Shown here in pieces: positions 1 to 12,629 of a stretch of DNA of 64,000 bases. Made by a program: the position numbers and the translations under genes. The stretch spans positions 139,686,001-139,750,000 of the forward strand of contig OZ024740.1 of the NCBI GenBank assembly GCA_964016885.1. Direction: 5' to 3'. This stretch comes from Eledone cirrhosa. Its lineage: Eukaryota. Each line of letters opens with the position of its first letter. The first letter of the stretch is position 1. A model generated the notes under the pieces. It was not told the origin of the DNA, did no database searches, and saw only the letters and a list, made by a program, of their open reading frames with translations.

Positions 1-345
1 TGCTGCTGTCGTTGTTTTCTTTTGGGCGATGAGGTTGAAGGTCTATTTTGTCTTTTCCGCTTCTTTGCCTCTGATAAGTTATTGGTTTTCAAATTGTCAG
101 TTTAAGTAACTAACAGCAAACATATGGTTCCCTTACTAAATAACAAAAAAAACGAACTTATAACTAAACCACCGTTCACCGGTTTCCATTTCTTAACTGC
201 GTCCTCTGCCCATTCCTCATCCTGTTAAAAAAAAAAACGGTAGCCAGTTTGTCTGCCATTTTTAAAAATTAATCAAGTAAAGGAAATCTATCATTTGATA
301 TATATATATAGAAACACAGACACATGCACACACACGCACACATAT

Positions 346-444
<99 letters not shown>

Positions 445-505
445 TAAAAAATTTAATATCTTAAAAGTACATAAAATACTTATGAAGAATAAAACCTAGT
501 GTTTT

Positions 506-545
506 ATTCAAAGTGTTCAGTCTTAGAAGACTTTCGTCAGTGAGT
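506..545 (-). ncRNA. Degenerate hammerhead-like motif
   Basis: Minus strand: ACUCA CUGACGA A-AGUC(UUCUAA)GACU GAACACUU UGAAU; GAAA box mutated, stem I imperfect. Confidence 0.35.
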
Positions 546-925
546 CGGTAAAAGATTTTTTCTTTTCCATTTCTTTCCTTTCAAAGAAGTTTTTTTTTGC
601 ATTGGCTACCAGTGGGACATGCAAACTTCTATTTAGACTACAGTCTATTCCATACCCGTACGTTTTGAGTGAGTGTAACTGATGACAAATTAACCAAATG
701 TGAAACAACGCAATGTCTGAGATTCTCAAAACATACTGGCAACTGGGTAATGTATTCACTAAGGAATATAGAGAAAAACAAATTTTTTTTTCGTTTCGTT
801 ACGAAAAAATATTTTTCTTCAGCAGTGAAGCTGACCATATGTGTTTATTATATATATTCATATATTCATATATGTTTTCATATACACCTCTGTTGTGCAT
901 AATTGCTATCTTAGTGCTACTACCT

Positions 926-1082
<157 letters not shown>

Positions 1083-1084
1083 GT

Positions 1085-1215
1085 GTAAAAGGTAAACAGG
1101 AATAACAACACAATCGGTTCAGTATATGGAAGGAATATATTAAGTTAGCGCTTGAAATAGCAGGAAGAGGGCCTTTACGTTTCGGACGCTAGTCCTTCAT
1201 CAGAAATTAGAAAGA
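1085..1215 (-). mobile_element. Family K short hammerhead element, copy 1
   Basis: Minus strand CUGAUGA A-GGAC(UAGC)GUCC GAAACGUA at about 1172-1206; homologous to 3075-3200 and 19060-19180; bounded by CA/TG repeats. Confidence 0.75.
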
Positions 1216-1220
1216 TTGAA

Positions 1221-1277
<57 letters not shown>

Positions 1278-1280
1278 TAA

Positions 1281-1363
1281 ATGCTCTACGGTTCTTATAT
1301 ATTTGATATATATTTATCCTTATCGAGCCCTCTTTGGATTTAAGTCTTCAAATTTATTATTAT

Positions 1364-1366
<3 letters not shown>
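1281..1366 (+). mobile_element. Family B 3' end fragment between TA tracts
   Basis: Nearly identical to 45103-45187 and 16502-16598. Confidence 0.85.
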
Positions 1367-1411
<45 letters not shown>

Positions 1412-2227
1412 GTATGTAGTGATATAGTTCTATTTAGATGTAGTGGGAGATGAGTTGGTCATGTTAGTAGGTACTGTGGTTCGTAGTTCACTTGTGGATT
1501 GCTTTATGGTGAGGTCATGTTATGTAGTGTGTAACTAAAAGAAGATAGATGTACCTGTGCGTGTATGACAAGAGGTTGTGGGAGTGCAAGTGAGTTACAG
1601 TGTTGCTTATAATGATGATGATGTGACGATTCCTTGGGTAAGTGATTTACTCTGATCACATAGGTAATGAAATAAAAACCAAATCGCTACTTAAATATAT
1701 TTATTAATTTAACAACCTGCTACGAAGCTATTGTTGACAATATATGAAAACATATTGTTGTATATGTGTGTGCAATAATGTGTGGACTGACTTTTGTTGA
1801 AGTACCAGTGGAAGAATTTATGGATAGCCCTTGTGGAGAGGGACAGAATATTTGACTAAGTGCTACATCTCCGTGCTTGCTGAAATAAACCGTTTTTGGT
1901 GTGTCTCCTTTGAGAGACGAGAGAAGAATGTATTGAAGAAATGTTATCTTAAATAAAGTTCAGTTGGCCATTTTCTCGGGTCTAACTGGCGACAGTTCGA
2001 AACAAAAAATAAATTGAACGTCTATGTGGTACAAGGTTGGCATGACCTACTTTGCCAACATCAGAACCAGAGTTAAAATTACTGATATAACTTTAGTAAT
2101 CCACAGAAGACAGCCGATGAGCGGGAATTGTCCTTGTATTAGTGTCTTCCGTGTTTTCACCCACGTTTTTTAAATAATATTTATTGGTAACCACATATCC
2201 TCATTTTTAATTCTACATTATATATAG

Positions 2228-2316
<89 letters not shown>

Positions 2317-2800
2317 TATTATAATATGATGCTAACCGACCAAGGTTGTGCAAACCAAATTTTAGTTGGTCAGCTGTGATGCAGATAAACTGAAGGGCTC
2401 AACAACATGTACAAATAGTATAAGCCGGAACATTATAGAGTATTAAATAGAGCGAAGGCCATATGCAATTGTATTCAGGCTTATTTTCATCTCCATGATA
2501 CATATTTCTCTTGCAATATATGGACATTGCTTGATGTCGGAAAGGTGACATGTCCTCCCCGGTGTATGACGTCTTTGATAGATAGTAAACTAATATATTT
2601 AATGTATTACATTGTGGACATGGACATAACCACCGGGACCACGGAGCTGACTGGCCCATAAGTTTCCTTTATGGTGGAGGCGTGTGGAATATATTCATTT
2701 GCATTTTATATATATATATATGCAAATGAGATTAATCACCTCAGACGATAAAACTATATATTCTCGACTGTTTTCACGTCGAGCAGTCGCAACTGTGTGG

Positions 2801-2853
2801 GGGATCGTCCTGATGAGGACCAGTTAAATCCGAAATGCATCGATGATTGCCCC
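2801..2853 (+). ncRNA. Minimal type I hammerhead ribozyme
   Basis: GAUCGUC CUGAUGA GGA(CCAGUUAAA)UCC GAAAUGCAUC GAUGAUU: stem I pairs, palindromic stem III AUGCAU, AUC cleavage triplet. Confidence 0.8.
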
Positions 2854-2965
2854 CCTTGCTTCTGCTGGACACCGCCAGAGGGCGTTAGACCCGTTTTTTG
2901 TTTTGTTTTTGCATAGCTACGGCTTTCTAAATGTTTACCTGTAACGATACCGTGTTTCTTTAGAA

Positions 2966-3039
<74 letters not shown>

Positions 3040-3074
3040 GCATGCATATATATGTATGTGTGGTGTGTGTGCGT

Positions 3075-3200
3075 GTAAAATGTGAACAGGTACAACAAAG
3101 CAAACGACCCGGTACAATGAAGAAATATATTAGTTTAACGCTCGAAATAACAAAAAAATATTCTTAACATTTCGGATACTAGTCATTCATCAGAAAATAG
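3075..3200 (-). mobile_element. Family K short hammerhead element, copy 2 (degenerate stem II)
   Basis: Minus strand CUGAUGA AUGACUAGUAUCC GAAAUGUU; flanks align with 1085-1215. Confidence 0.65.
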
Positions 3201-3949
3201 AACAAGAAATAAAAGATGAACTAGAAAGATAAAAAGTGTGAAGAGGAAGGAACGGGAAAAAATGAGAAAAAATACTCACGTGCGTATTCAGTCAGCTATT
3301 TTGGCCTCTAAAATAGCTGACTGAATATGTCGTGTCTTATTATATGACTCTGATTTGGTTTTCAAGTTACGTTAAGGATATACATTTCTATTGAATAGTC
3401 CTCCATTTAAACATTAATTCACGACGAAAGTACCTTCATTCTAAAATGAAGATAGTGCTGCACTCAGTGACACAAGGCTATTTAAAATAGATTCTCTTTA
3501 CGGGCTTCTAAATATTGATACATTAAGGTAGTTTTCTATATGTATCATACCTCGAGATTTGTGTATGCAAAGCAGTTATATTTTATTAATATCTACTTCG
3601 GAACGTTTCTCGTAGTTTCTTCGCATTTTTCTCTGTTAAGTTCTTCAATTTATTTAACATCCACTTTATTATGCTGAAGCAGTAGTTTATAACTGCAATA
3701 GCTAGCATTTTTATAACTATTTCTTTTTATTTCTAACATTCAGTACAGTTTTTTTATATCAGTTTTATTCTCCTTTATTTCTGTGTTGTATTTTATATAT
3801 TTCATTTTATTATACCACCTAAAACACCATCGCCATCATTATTGCTGTCTTTAGAATTGCTGTTGCTATTACTAGTCTATTCTTTGGCAACATATATAAT
3901 CGCATTCAGAGAAGAGCTGTAACTATGGAAGCGTTAATAGTAAAGGTGG

Positions 3950-4020
3950 GGGTCATAGAAGTAGTAGTTGGGCCATAGAAGTAGTGGTTGGGTCATAGAA
4001 GTAGTGGTTGCGTCATAGTA
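3950..4020 (+). repeat. About 20-bp minisatellite (GGTCATAGAAGTAGTGGTTG) x3-4
   Basis: Direct reading. Confidence 0.75.
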
Positions 4021-4557
4021 GTGGTAGTGCTACACTATTGTCACTATTTTATTTATATTCGTTATTTATAGAAATGTGTTTTAGCAGGTTTTAGTTGATG
4101 GTGATTTGGGTAGCTTTATTGTTGGTTTGTTTCTTGTAAAAGCGGCGGTGGCTGTGCTGTAATGGTGGTAATGGTAGCAATGGTGGTGGTGGTGGTGGTG
4201 AGGGTGGGGGTGATGGCGAAAGGTGGTTAGTGTTGTTGATGGTAGCAACATTAGATTTTTTTTTTCAATCTGTTGTTTGGTGCTAATTGTGTTGGTAGTG
4301 GCATTGAGGTTTGGTACTGCTACGGAAGATAGGATTTGTTCAGATGTTGTTGGAACCAGTGGTTATAAAGGTAGATATAGTGAAGAAGGTGTGGAAGGTT
4401 AGGTGGCGAGAGTCATCACATCAATTTAGCTACACTTGTTATGGATTATTTTAATATTTGTTTTCAATTTTACTCCCTCGAGTTATTTTTATAGGAGGTA
4501 ACCATAGCAACTAGATAATATGTAAAGTTAGCCCAAATACACATACATGCACGCACA

Positions 4558-4672
<115 letters not shown>

Positions 4673-5122
4673 ACCCCATTGCCATACTATAACCAACAAA
4701 CAGCCTCACCCACCATCATCATCTCCTCGCCATCGGTATCATTATTGATCAGGGGCCACAACAAAAACTATATCCTCTTTAATTAGGACATGAAAACAAT
4801 CTGGGTCTATTATTTACTCGTTCTCTTTTTTTGTTTTTGTTGTTGTATGCGTTGTTTCAGTTGCTGTTGTTGTCGTTGTTGTTATTTTTGTTTTGTACTG
4901 TAGATTTGTTTTATTTTTAGTGTTGTTTCTTTCTAGTTGTGTCAGTTAGTTATTTTGTAATTTTCTAAAGAAAATACGCCCCCTCCTCTCATAATTTTTT
5001 CACCGAAACAAGAATCATAACAAAATGCTGATTTTTCTTTCTCTGGATAAAAGGTCAACTTTTAAAAACAGAATCAGTATCTGCGTTGGTACGATCGACT
5101 CTGTTGTGTTACATATATATGC

Positions 5123-5167
<45 letters not shown>

Positions 5168-5392
5168 GGGATAACAAGTTATCGTTATAGGCAATCCACT
5201 TAGAGGTAGTCCAGTTAGAGTACTTCGCGTTGTGGATGGTATTAACGTATGGCTTAGTTTGACTCAACAAGACGCTTCCATAGTGATGCAGCGAGTTCAC
5301 GGTGATTTCTATGTAGGTTATACTTGGAGTAATAATAATTCAAGAGATAAGAGTAACATGGTTGTCTGTATAATAAAGGCTTTATTCACAGT

Positions 5393-5498
5393 GCTGACAA
5401 TTGTTTCTTTGATCTGTAGGTCTAGAGTTCGCTAATGGCTAGATGTTGCGTCAATCGAACTCCAATACTTTGTTTATAACCAGTTAATTCATCAGAGC
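5393..5498 (-). ncRNA. Diverged hammerhead motif with long stem II
   Basis: Minus strand GCU CUGAUGA ... GAAACAAUUGUC AGC; palindromic stem III ACAAUUGU; lies in a TA-flanked segment 5167-5525. Confidence 0.6.
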
Positions 5499-5523
5499 GA
5501 GCGAATGTGAGGATAATATACAA

Positions 5524-5558
<35 letters not shown>

Positions 5559-6490
5559 GTGTGCAGATCAGCCAACAATACTAACTCACTCCATCCTGCC
5601 ATACATGCCTGCGAGTATCTATGTGTGGGTTTGTACATTTGCGAGCGCACGCATCACTAGCACTACCAACCCCATCCCTCAGTATATACACACACCACCA
5701 CAACCATCAACACCAATGCCAGCACCGCCACCACCACACCCTCCGAACGGCACCGACTTTCTCCTTCAACCCCTATCCCCTACTCTCTATCTGGCCACTG
5801 AATATAACACTCACCCTTACCCTCTAGTTCATCCTTAGAACTCTGCACCCCCCCCCCTCACACACACACACACGCGCACCCTCACACTCCCTGCAATTGC
5901 CCATAATTCCTTTTTCTATTCCATTTTACTACACCATTCCCGAGTTTAGACTTACCAATCTGGAATCAAACCTACCTGAATTCTACCCATCTCGGACCCT
6001 ACTAGACTCGAAAACCCACCCGTGCAACACACGCGTGCAACAGCGCGATACACGCCAACAACCACACACCTCTGCCAAACACACATACTAGCATACACAC
6101 GCGCTCACATATGTACAAGTCGAGCGCGGAGACATGGTTGTTACCTTCCACAACAGACCAGGGTCTCGTGAGGAAGCCGGTGTAGTCATCGACCACTCGA
6201 TCATGAAGCAAGTTGCACTTGATTACATAACCAGAAGCATGCAGTACCCTAAACTGACCATAACACATCCTCCAACATAGTGCTTCCAATCTGTCCTTCT
6301 TTAAGATAGCAGCGTGTGGACCTGAGGATGATTTGGTCGCAATTATTCTATATTCTTGTCAAGGGACATGGAGCCGCAGGAAGTACACGTAATTTAGCAC
6401 CCTAAAACTTTACTAAAACAAATTATAGTGAGCTACAATGTGAAAATATGTTTCGGTATTTTAACTCCTCTAAAATATATATATATATAA

Positions 6491-6568
<78 letters not shown>

Positions 6569-6636
6569 AACTAGATAACTTAAGAAGCATAAGGAAAATT
6601 TGAAATGTACTCGTCTCATCGTAAATGACCATAATT

Positions 6637-6830
6637 GTGTTTCTGATTTCGGCACAAAGCCAACAGTTTGGGGTGAAGGGAAGTCGTGTGTTACTGGTAC
6701 TTAATTTTATCGACCTCTTAAGGATGAAAGGCAAAGCTAACCTCGGCTGGATTTGAACGTAAAGGGTCGTAACTCTATACTACAAAGCATGTTGTCCGAC
6801 ACTCTACCTATACTGCCAATCGATCAGTAT
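6637..6830 (-). mobile_element. Octopus-type SINE
   Basis: Reverse complement of the GTTCAAAT..GCCGAGGT...TTTGCCTTTCATCC...GGTCGATAAAA..AGTACCAGT core. Confidence 0.8.
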
Positions 6831-6927
6831 AAATATTTATGGAAAAAATCGGATAACGTTGACCAAGAAACCTGTACGAATGGCGTATCTACTTTTTTTC
6901 AGTTTTCCCTAATATTCTTAACTATTA

Positions 6928-7505
6928 TTAGGGTCGGACGCCATGCTTTGACGCATAGAGTTACGGCCCTTGCCATTCTGAGTTCAAATCCCGCCGAGGT
7001 TAACTTTGCCTTTCATCCTTACGGGGTCGATAAATAAAGTACCAGTAATACACTGGGAAATTGCTGGCCTTGTGCCAAAAGTAGAAAATTATTTGGATTG
7101 GCAGTATTGGTAGAGGGTCGGACGCTATGCTTTGCAGCAAAGAGTTACGTCCCTTTATGGTCTGAGTTCAAGTTCCGCCGAGCTTAACTTTACCTTTCAT
7201 CCCTACGGGGTCAATAAAATAAAGCACCAGTAATACACTGGGATAATTGCTGGCTTTGTGCCAAATGTAGAAACAATTATAATTAGGAAGGTGGATTAGC
7301 AGTATCAGTACAGCATCAGACACCATGCTTTGTGGCATTGAGTTACGGCCCTTTACGCTCTGAGTTCAAATCCCGCCGAGGTTAGCTTTGCTTTTCATCC
7401 TTACGGGGTCGTTAAAATAAAGTACCAGTAACTCACTAGGGTAGATTTAATCGACTTTCCCCTCCCCAAAATATTGTTGGCTTTATGTCTAGATTAGAAA
7501 CAATT
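6928..7505 (+). mobile_element. Three tandem octopus-type SINE copies (about 6928-7090, 7095-7275, 7285-7505)
   Basis: Each has CTGAGTTCAA.TCC.GCCGAG..TAACTTT.CCTTTCATCC.TACGGGGTC.ATAAA...A.CACCAGTAA. Confidence 0.9.
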
Positions 7506-7631
7506 ATTATGGTCCTTTGAGTTAGGAAGAGTACCTTTCAAATTACACACTCACACACACACGTATATATATATATAAGATGCCTATAAACGTCAAAATA
7601 TAACGTAAAATATAATTTAAAAAGGCGTCTT

Positions 7632-7848
7632 ATACGAAGGGGCGTCCAATAGGCCGGCAAACACGGTATATTGTTATTAATAATTTAGCGTTAAAAAGAT
7701 ATATATTGCCACGTAAAAAGTCATTAAAAAATCGCGGAAGATATTTACGATTCCGCGAATATTTGGTGGTTTCCACGAACAATTATTAGTTAAGTTCTAA
7801 GGAAAATTCCGCGAATAACAGGGACTGCGAATGCTGGGGGTCCACTGT
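7632..7848. mobile_element. Possible Tc1/mariner-Tigger-like MITE remnant
   Basis: Ends TACGAAGGGGCGTCCAATA and CGCGAATA...GGGGGTCCACTG resemble Tc1/mariner and Tigger termini; internal CGCGAATA repeats. Confidence 0.35.
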
Positions 7849-8439
7849 TTATATATATATATTGAGTGTGCAAGTATACGTGCGTTTCTTTTTTATTAGC
7901 CACTCACCACATAAAAAGAGGTTTTGATAATAACTTAGTCCTTGTTGTTCCCGTCGCCGCCGTTGTGATTGTCGTCATCATTGTTGATGTTATTTGTTGC
8001 TGTTTGAAGCGTGTGGAATAAAGAATTGAGAAAAATGTTGGGAGGTTAGAGTATCTATAGTCAACTGATACAATCCATTCTAAAATTACTTGTACTTATT
8101 CTATTTAAAAACGTAATACCGACCTGTTGAAAGATAAAGGGAGAACCTCTAGCTAAATTAGGGACTTAGACGTGGCAAACATTGTAACTAGATATAACAA
8201 ACAGAAATGACATTTGTTATTGAAACAATAAGAAGTAAAATACAAAAGGCAATCTGATTTGGAAATGACATTTCTCCGTAAGTTGTTAAAAGACCTACAA
8301 AAAGAATTCTTATCATATAAAATGTCTACCATAAAAGAACGAAGTACTTAAATGTCATTTAAATTCGTTATTATAATTTTATTATCTTTCTTTTTTTAAC
8401 ATTGTTAAAATTTCTTTACGCGCAAAACCCCACATACCA

Positions 8440-8539
<100 letters not shown>

Positions 8540-8550
8540 ACAACACACAC

Positions 8551-8617
<67 letters not shown>

Positions 8618-8709
8618 GTTTTCGTCCTGTGTTGTCATAATGTTTTTCTTGATGTAAACCCTTTGTGGGTAATAAAGAAATCATTATTATTATTTTTTTT
8701 TTTTTGGAG

Positions 8710-8800
8710 AAGGCGGTGGATTGGCTAAATCGTTAGAGTGTCAGGAAAAATGCCTTGTGGTATTTGTTACAGCTTTTACGTTCTGAGTTCAAATGCAGCC
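8710..8800 (+). mobile_element. SINE 5' fragment
   Basis: GGCGGTGGATTGGC...TTCTGAGTTCAAAT head as in other copies. Confidence 0.7.
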
Positions 8801-8802
8801 AA

Positions 8803-9420
8803 AATCTGTCCAAGATGCGTGAAACGTGACAAAACCGTCCTCCGCGCACTCATCCAGCGCCCGAAGAGTGTTGACTTGCTATCACGTGTAGGGCAGCTAC
8901 AGCTATCAGCTGAATACATTTTGAAGATCAATTCTCCACCTTCCTATGGACAGGAAGGGTAAACGATTTCTATTTGTCTGGTGGCCATGGCGACAGAAGT
9001 TATGTAGTGGACAAGAATGGAAGGCCTGAAGACATTTTCCTCTTTAGCCAGGTTCTCACAGATGTTTTAAAGTTTCACTTGAAAATGAAATTGAAGGTGG
9101 TGAATGAAGTGTTGCCTTATGAATGAAGTGTTGCCGTTTAGCTTAGTAAATGTGTTGAAAGGTGGATGAAAGTAGCGATCTTAGTCCGAGTAGACGTGCC
9201 TGCTCTGAACAAGCATCTTTAGATTGGAGAACAACTGGAAGAAGACATTGCCTTAGTAGCCAAGGTGACAGTGGCTATTTTTTCACAGGTGACTGTTGGA
9301 GTTCTTACACTATTGGGGATGTCTTTGTTACCCTTTTTGTTTTCTTTTTTTGTTATTTGTCATTTTTACACGTTTTTTTTATATTCTTTTATGTACATGT
9401 ATTTGTTTATAAAGTCATTT
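8803..9420 (+). pseudogene. L1/Tx1-like LINE ORF2 C-terminus (zinc knuckle) and 3' UTR, degenerate
   Basis: CPRC..DKTVLRALIQRP resembles CxxC...ETVxHALxxCP; downstream frames read FICLVAMATEV..WTR and LKFHLKMKLKV...VERWMKVA. Confidence 0.6.
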
Positions 9421-9683
9421 CATCTGAGACCGTTTGGATGGATGGATGACATATTCATAGATCCGGATGGTTGGTCATTTAAAAAAATATACGTATCATT
9501 AGATACAAGAAATTCACACACTTATATGTATACAGTTATATCGGAGCCAAAACTTCGACTCTACTTCCAAGCTGAGCGGGCTTGAACAGCTCTATATGCA
9601 AATGAAGCTAAACAGCCCATCTACATAGGCGAAAAATATTGTATATTTTCGCCTGTTTCGAGTTCCAGCAGAAAGCGGCGGAA

Positions 9684-9727
9684 GCACTGTCCTGATGATG
9701 GCCAGAGCGAGAAACGCGTTTGCAGTT
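9684..9727 (+). ncRNA. Minimal hammerhead, stem II degenerate
   Basis: ACUGUC CUGAUGA ... GAAACGCGUU UGCAGU; palindromic AACGCGUU. Confidence 0.55.
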
Positions 9728-9909
9728 GTTCCCGCTACGTTTGCTGAAATCCACTAGACAGCTAACTATCAGCTTTTCAATATTCATAGCTAGAAGGTTT
9801 TCTAAATGTTTATTCGTAAACATACAGTATATCATTAAATATACGAAATTCACATACTTATATTTCTATCTATATAATTACTTGAATGGACGCCGTATAA
9901 CGAAAGGGA

Positions 9910-9966
<57 letters not shown>

Positions 9967-10227
9967 ACAAAAAAAAGGATGAATACTCAATTAAAATAGT
10001 TTTCATAATATACATTATCATGGCTAAGTGGTTATTATTATGGCTAAGTCTCACCTGTGCACTCACATGGTCATCAGAGAAGACACGATCCTCAGACGAG
10101 TTTTGTCTGATTCTAGAAATATACAGGTGAAACTCCAGAATAACAAAACTCATAACTTAGCCATAATAAAGAATATTATATATATATATAGATATATATA
10201 TAATTACTGTAGTAAAAGTTTGGTAGA

Positions 10228-10335
10228 AATATCCATGGGTAAGAACATTCAGTCTATAGGACGAGTGTAGTAGTGTAGTATAAATGTCACTGTTGTAACT
10301 CTATATATATATATGGACTGAGTGTTCTTACCCAT

Positions 10336-10376
<41 letters not shown>

Positions 10377-10447
10377 CAACAGTGAGTTCGGATCTAGCTG
10401 TCGACGAAACGGCCGGAGCTCAGCCGTCGGGGTCCTGACTCTTTTCA
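10228..10447. mobile_element. Scrambled family A-related fragments separated by TA tracts
   Basis: 10228-10253 is the reverse complement of 10315-10342; 10287-10299 is the reverse complement of 10373-10385; hammerhead 3' half GAAACGGC..AGCCGUC GGGGUC at about 10405-10435. Confidence 0.7.
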
Positions 10448-10470
10448 TATATATATATATATATATATAT

Positions 10471-10706
10471 AGGAACCAGTAAGACCCCGACGGCTGAGCT
10501 CAAACCGTTTCGACGGCTAATTCTGGACTAAAAAAAAATGATTTTTTTTTTTTTTTTTTTTTTTTTTAGTCCAGAATTAGCCGTCGAAACGGCTTGAGCT
10601 CAGCCGTCGGGGTCTTACTGGTTCCTATTACCCACTCTACTACCCTAAGTATTGAGTACTTTGGTGCGTTATGGTCCACCTGGTTCCTTACCACATTTCC
10701 TTCGTT
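10471..10706. mobile_element. Family A head-to-head foldback element in (TA)n
   Basis: Arm 10471-10530 is the reverse complement of 10568-10626, with a polyA/polyT centre; contains hammerhead 3' half GAAACGGCU(UGAGCUC)AGCCGUC. Confidence 0.9.
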
Positions 10707-11218
10707 ATATATATATATATATATATATATGCATATTCACAATAATGCTACAGAATGTTAGACATACACTACACCTATTTATAACAATGATAAACACAGA
10801 ACACGATATATCATCTTAGTAAAGATGCGTTACAGAATGCTGGCTTGTCAAAGATTCAAATTTCCGATGACTCGTCACATCAGTATTTTCTGTCTAGGGG
10901 TTTCCTTAATTCAACAACCTCAAATTTATAAAGCGATACCACCGTTTTCACTGTTTTTTATCGATTGTATCAGATCAAAGGGGAAAAGAATGTTGTTCTT
11001 ATTGATATTTTTATAGATTATTCTTCTAATTAAAAACTTTAAAAAAGTAGGATAATTAATTAGTTCAAAATAAAAATTGAAATAAAACAACAAACGAGAA
11101 ACAGCTCGCGCTATCTCCTTTACTTTTTTTATACTGGCTTCGTCATTGCACTGCGGCCATATTGGGGGACCGCCTTGAATTAATCGATTGTATCGATCAT
11201 AGCACAGACGCACGCACG

Positions 11219-11313
<95 letters not shown>

Positions 11314-11823
11314 CTGTGTGTCTGTGTAATTAGGTTGAAATAGGCTGCTTCTCCTAGCAAGTTTGTTACTCGCCAACAGTCTACCCTTTACTACTCTTCT
11401 GCATGACCGTAAAGCCACGTGATATTTTTCCCTTTCGAAAATTTTAGTTGTAACGATCAGTTGGAGGAATTTGTCCTTAAACTGAGGGAGTCCCTTGACA
11501 AGCCGTAACCTCACAATTTTGGTGCACTTTAATTGCACTTTGGCTGCATATCAGCCGGCGAAACTAAAGAAGTCGGGACTTTGAAGAAAATTAGATATAT
11601 TTTTGTCCATTTGCTCTTCATACTCATAATTATTCTATCTAGAGAGGACAGGATAGATACACTTGAGCACATATACAGAATCACACATACATATAAACAA
11701 TCATTAAGGCAGATATTTATACAAACAACCACACACAACCACCCCCGCCACAAACCAGATACTTTCGTGGGAAGTTCTTTACAATTGGATAAATAATGTA
11801 TACCCTTATTTGGACTAATTAAC

Positions 11824-11915
11824 ATCTCCTGATGAGACAACAAGTTAACCGCCAACGCATTTGCAATTCAATCTAGAACTAGCTGTTGAAACGGTAGGAG
11901 CTCAACCGTCGGGGT
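11824..11915 (+). ncRNA. Full type I hammerhead of family A
   Basis: AUCUC CUGAUGA GACA...UGUU GAAACGGU(AGGAGCUCA)ACCGUC GGGGU; downstream to about 12012 homologous to the family A tail. Confidence 0.85.
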
Positions 11916-12020
11916 CCTGACTCATTCATTTAACCATACTCTACTACTCCAAGTATTGAGTATTCCGATGAGTAATGGTCTAACCAGTTTCTTACTGAAT
12001 CCATCCTGATTTATTATATA

Positions 12021-12057
<37 letters not shown>

Positions 12058-12063
12058 CATATA

Positions 12064-12107
<44 letters not shown>

Positions 12108-12176
12108 TATGAAGAGAGAAGAAACATTTAGATATAATTAGTAATAAAATGTATCATACCTAAACTGCTCCTAAAT

Positions 12177-12266
12177 TCCTCGACTACGTAGTTTCGTGGC
12201 ATAAACAAAAACAATATATCATAAAGATATAGAGTCCCTGCGAGGTCTGCCGACTTATCAAGAGGA
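12177..12266 (-). ncRNA. Hammerhead with U3-A8 core variant (UUGAUAA)
   Basis: UCCUC UUGAUAA GU(C)GGCA...UGCCAC GAAACUACGUAGUC GAGGA. Confidence 0.8.
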
Positions 12267-12546
12267 TACCTCATTTTACTAGTCTCAAGAACGCGTCTAC
12301 ACGACGTGAGAAAGAATCCCAAAAGGCGGAGGGGGAGATAGTCACGCGATATAACGGTCGAGAAACAGAGCTAAGCCTCTTATAACCACGAGGAAAATAC
12401 CACGGAGGCGGAGGGGGTATTCATATCGAGGCCGCAGAAGAGGTGGTGATCGGTGAAGTTGGCACCCTTAACTCACAGTTGGGTGCGGATGCATTCATGT
12501 ATATATGTGTGTGTCCGCATGTATCTGTGTGTTTCTAAATATATTG

Positions 12547-12608
<62 letters not shown>

Positions 12609-12629
12609 CACACGCAAGGCATTGTTCAA

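Noticed and set aside
1800-2080. Possible Penelope GIY-YIG C-terminal remnant (…SPQGLSIN on the minus strand)
   Set aside because: Too degenerate to support without a profile search
11533-11796. ORF upstream of the family A hammerhead as a possible Penelope protein end
   Set aside because: No RT or GIY-YIG motif recognised
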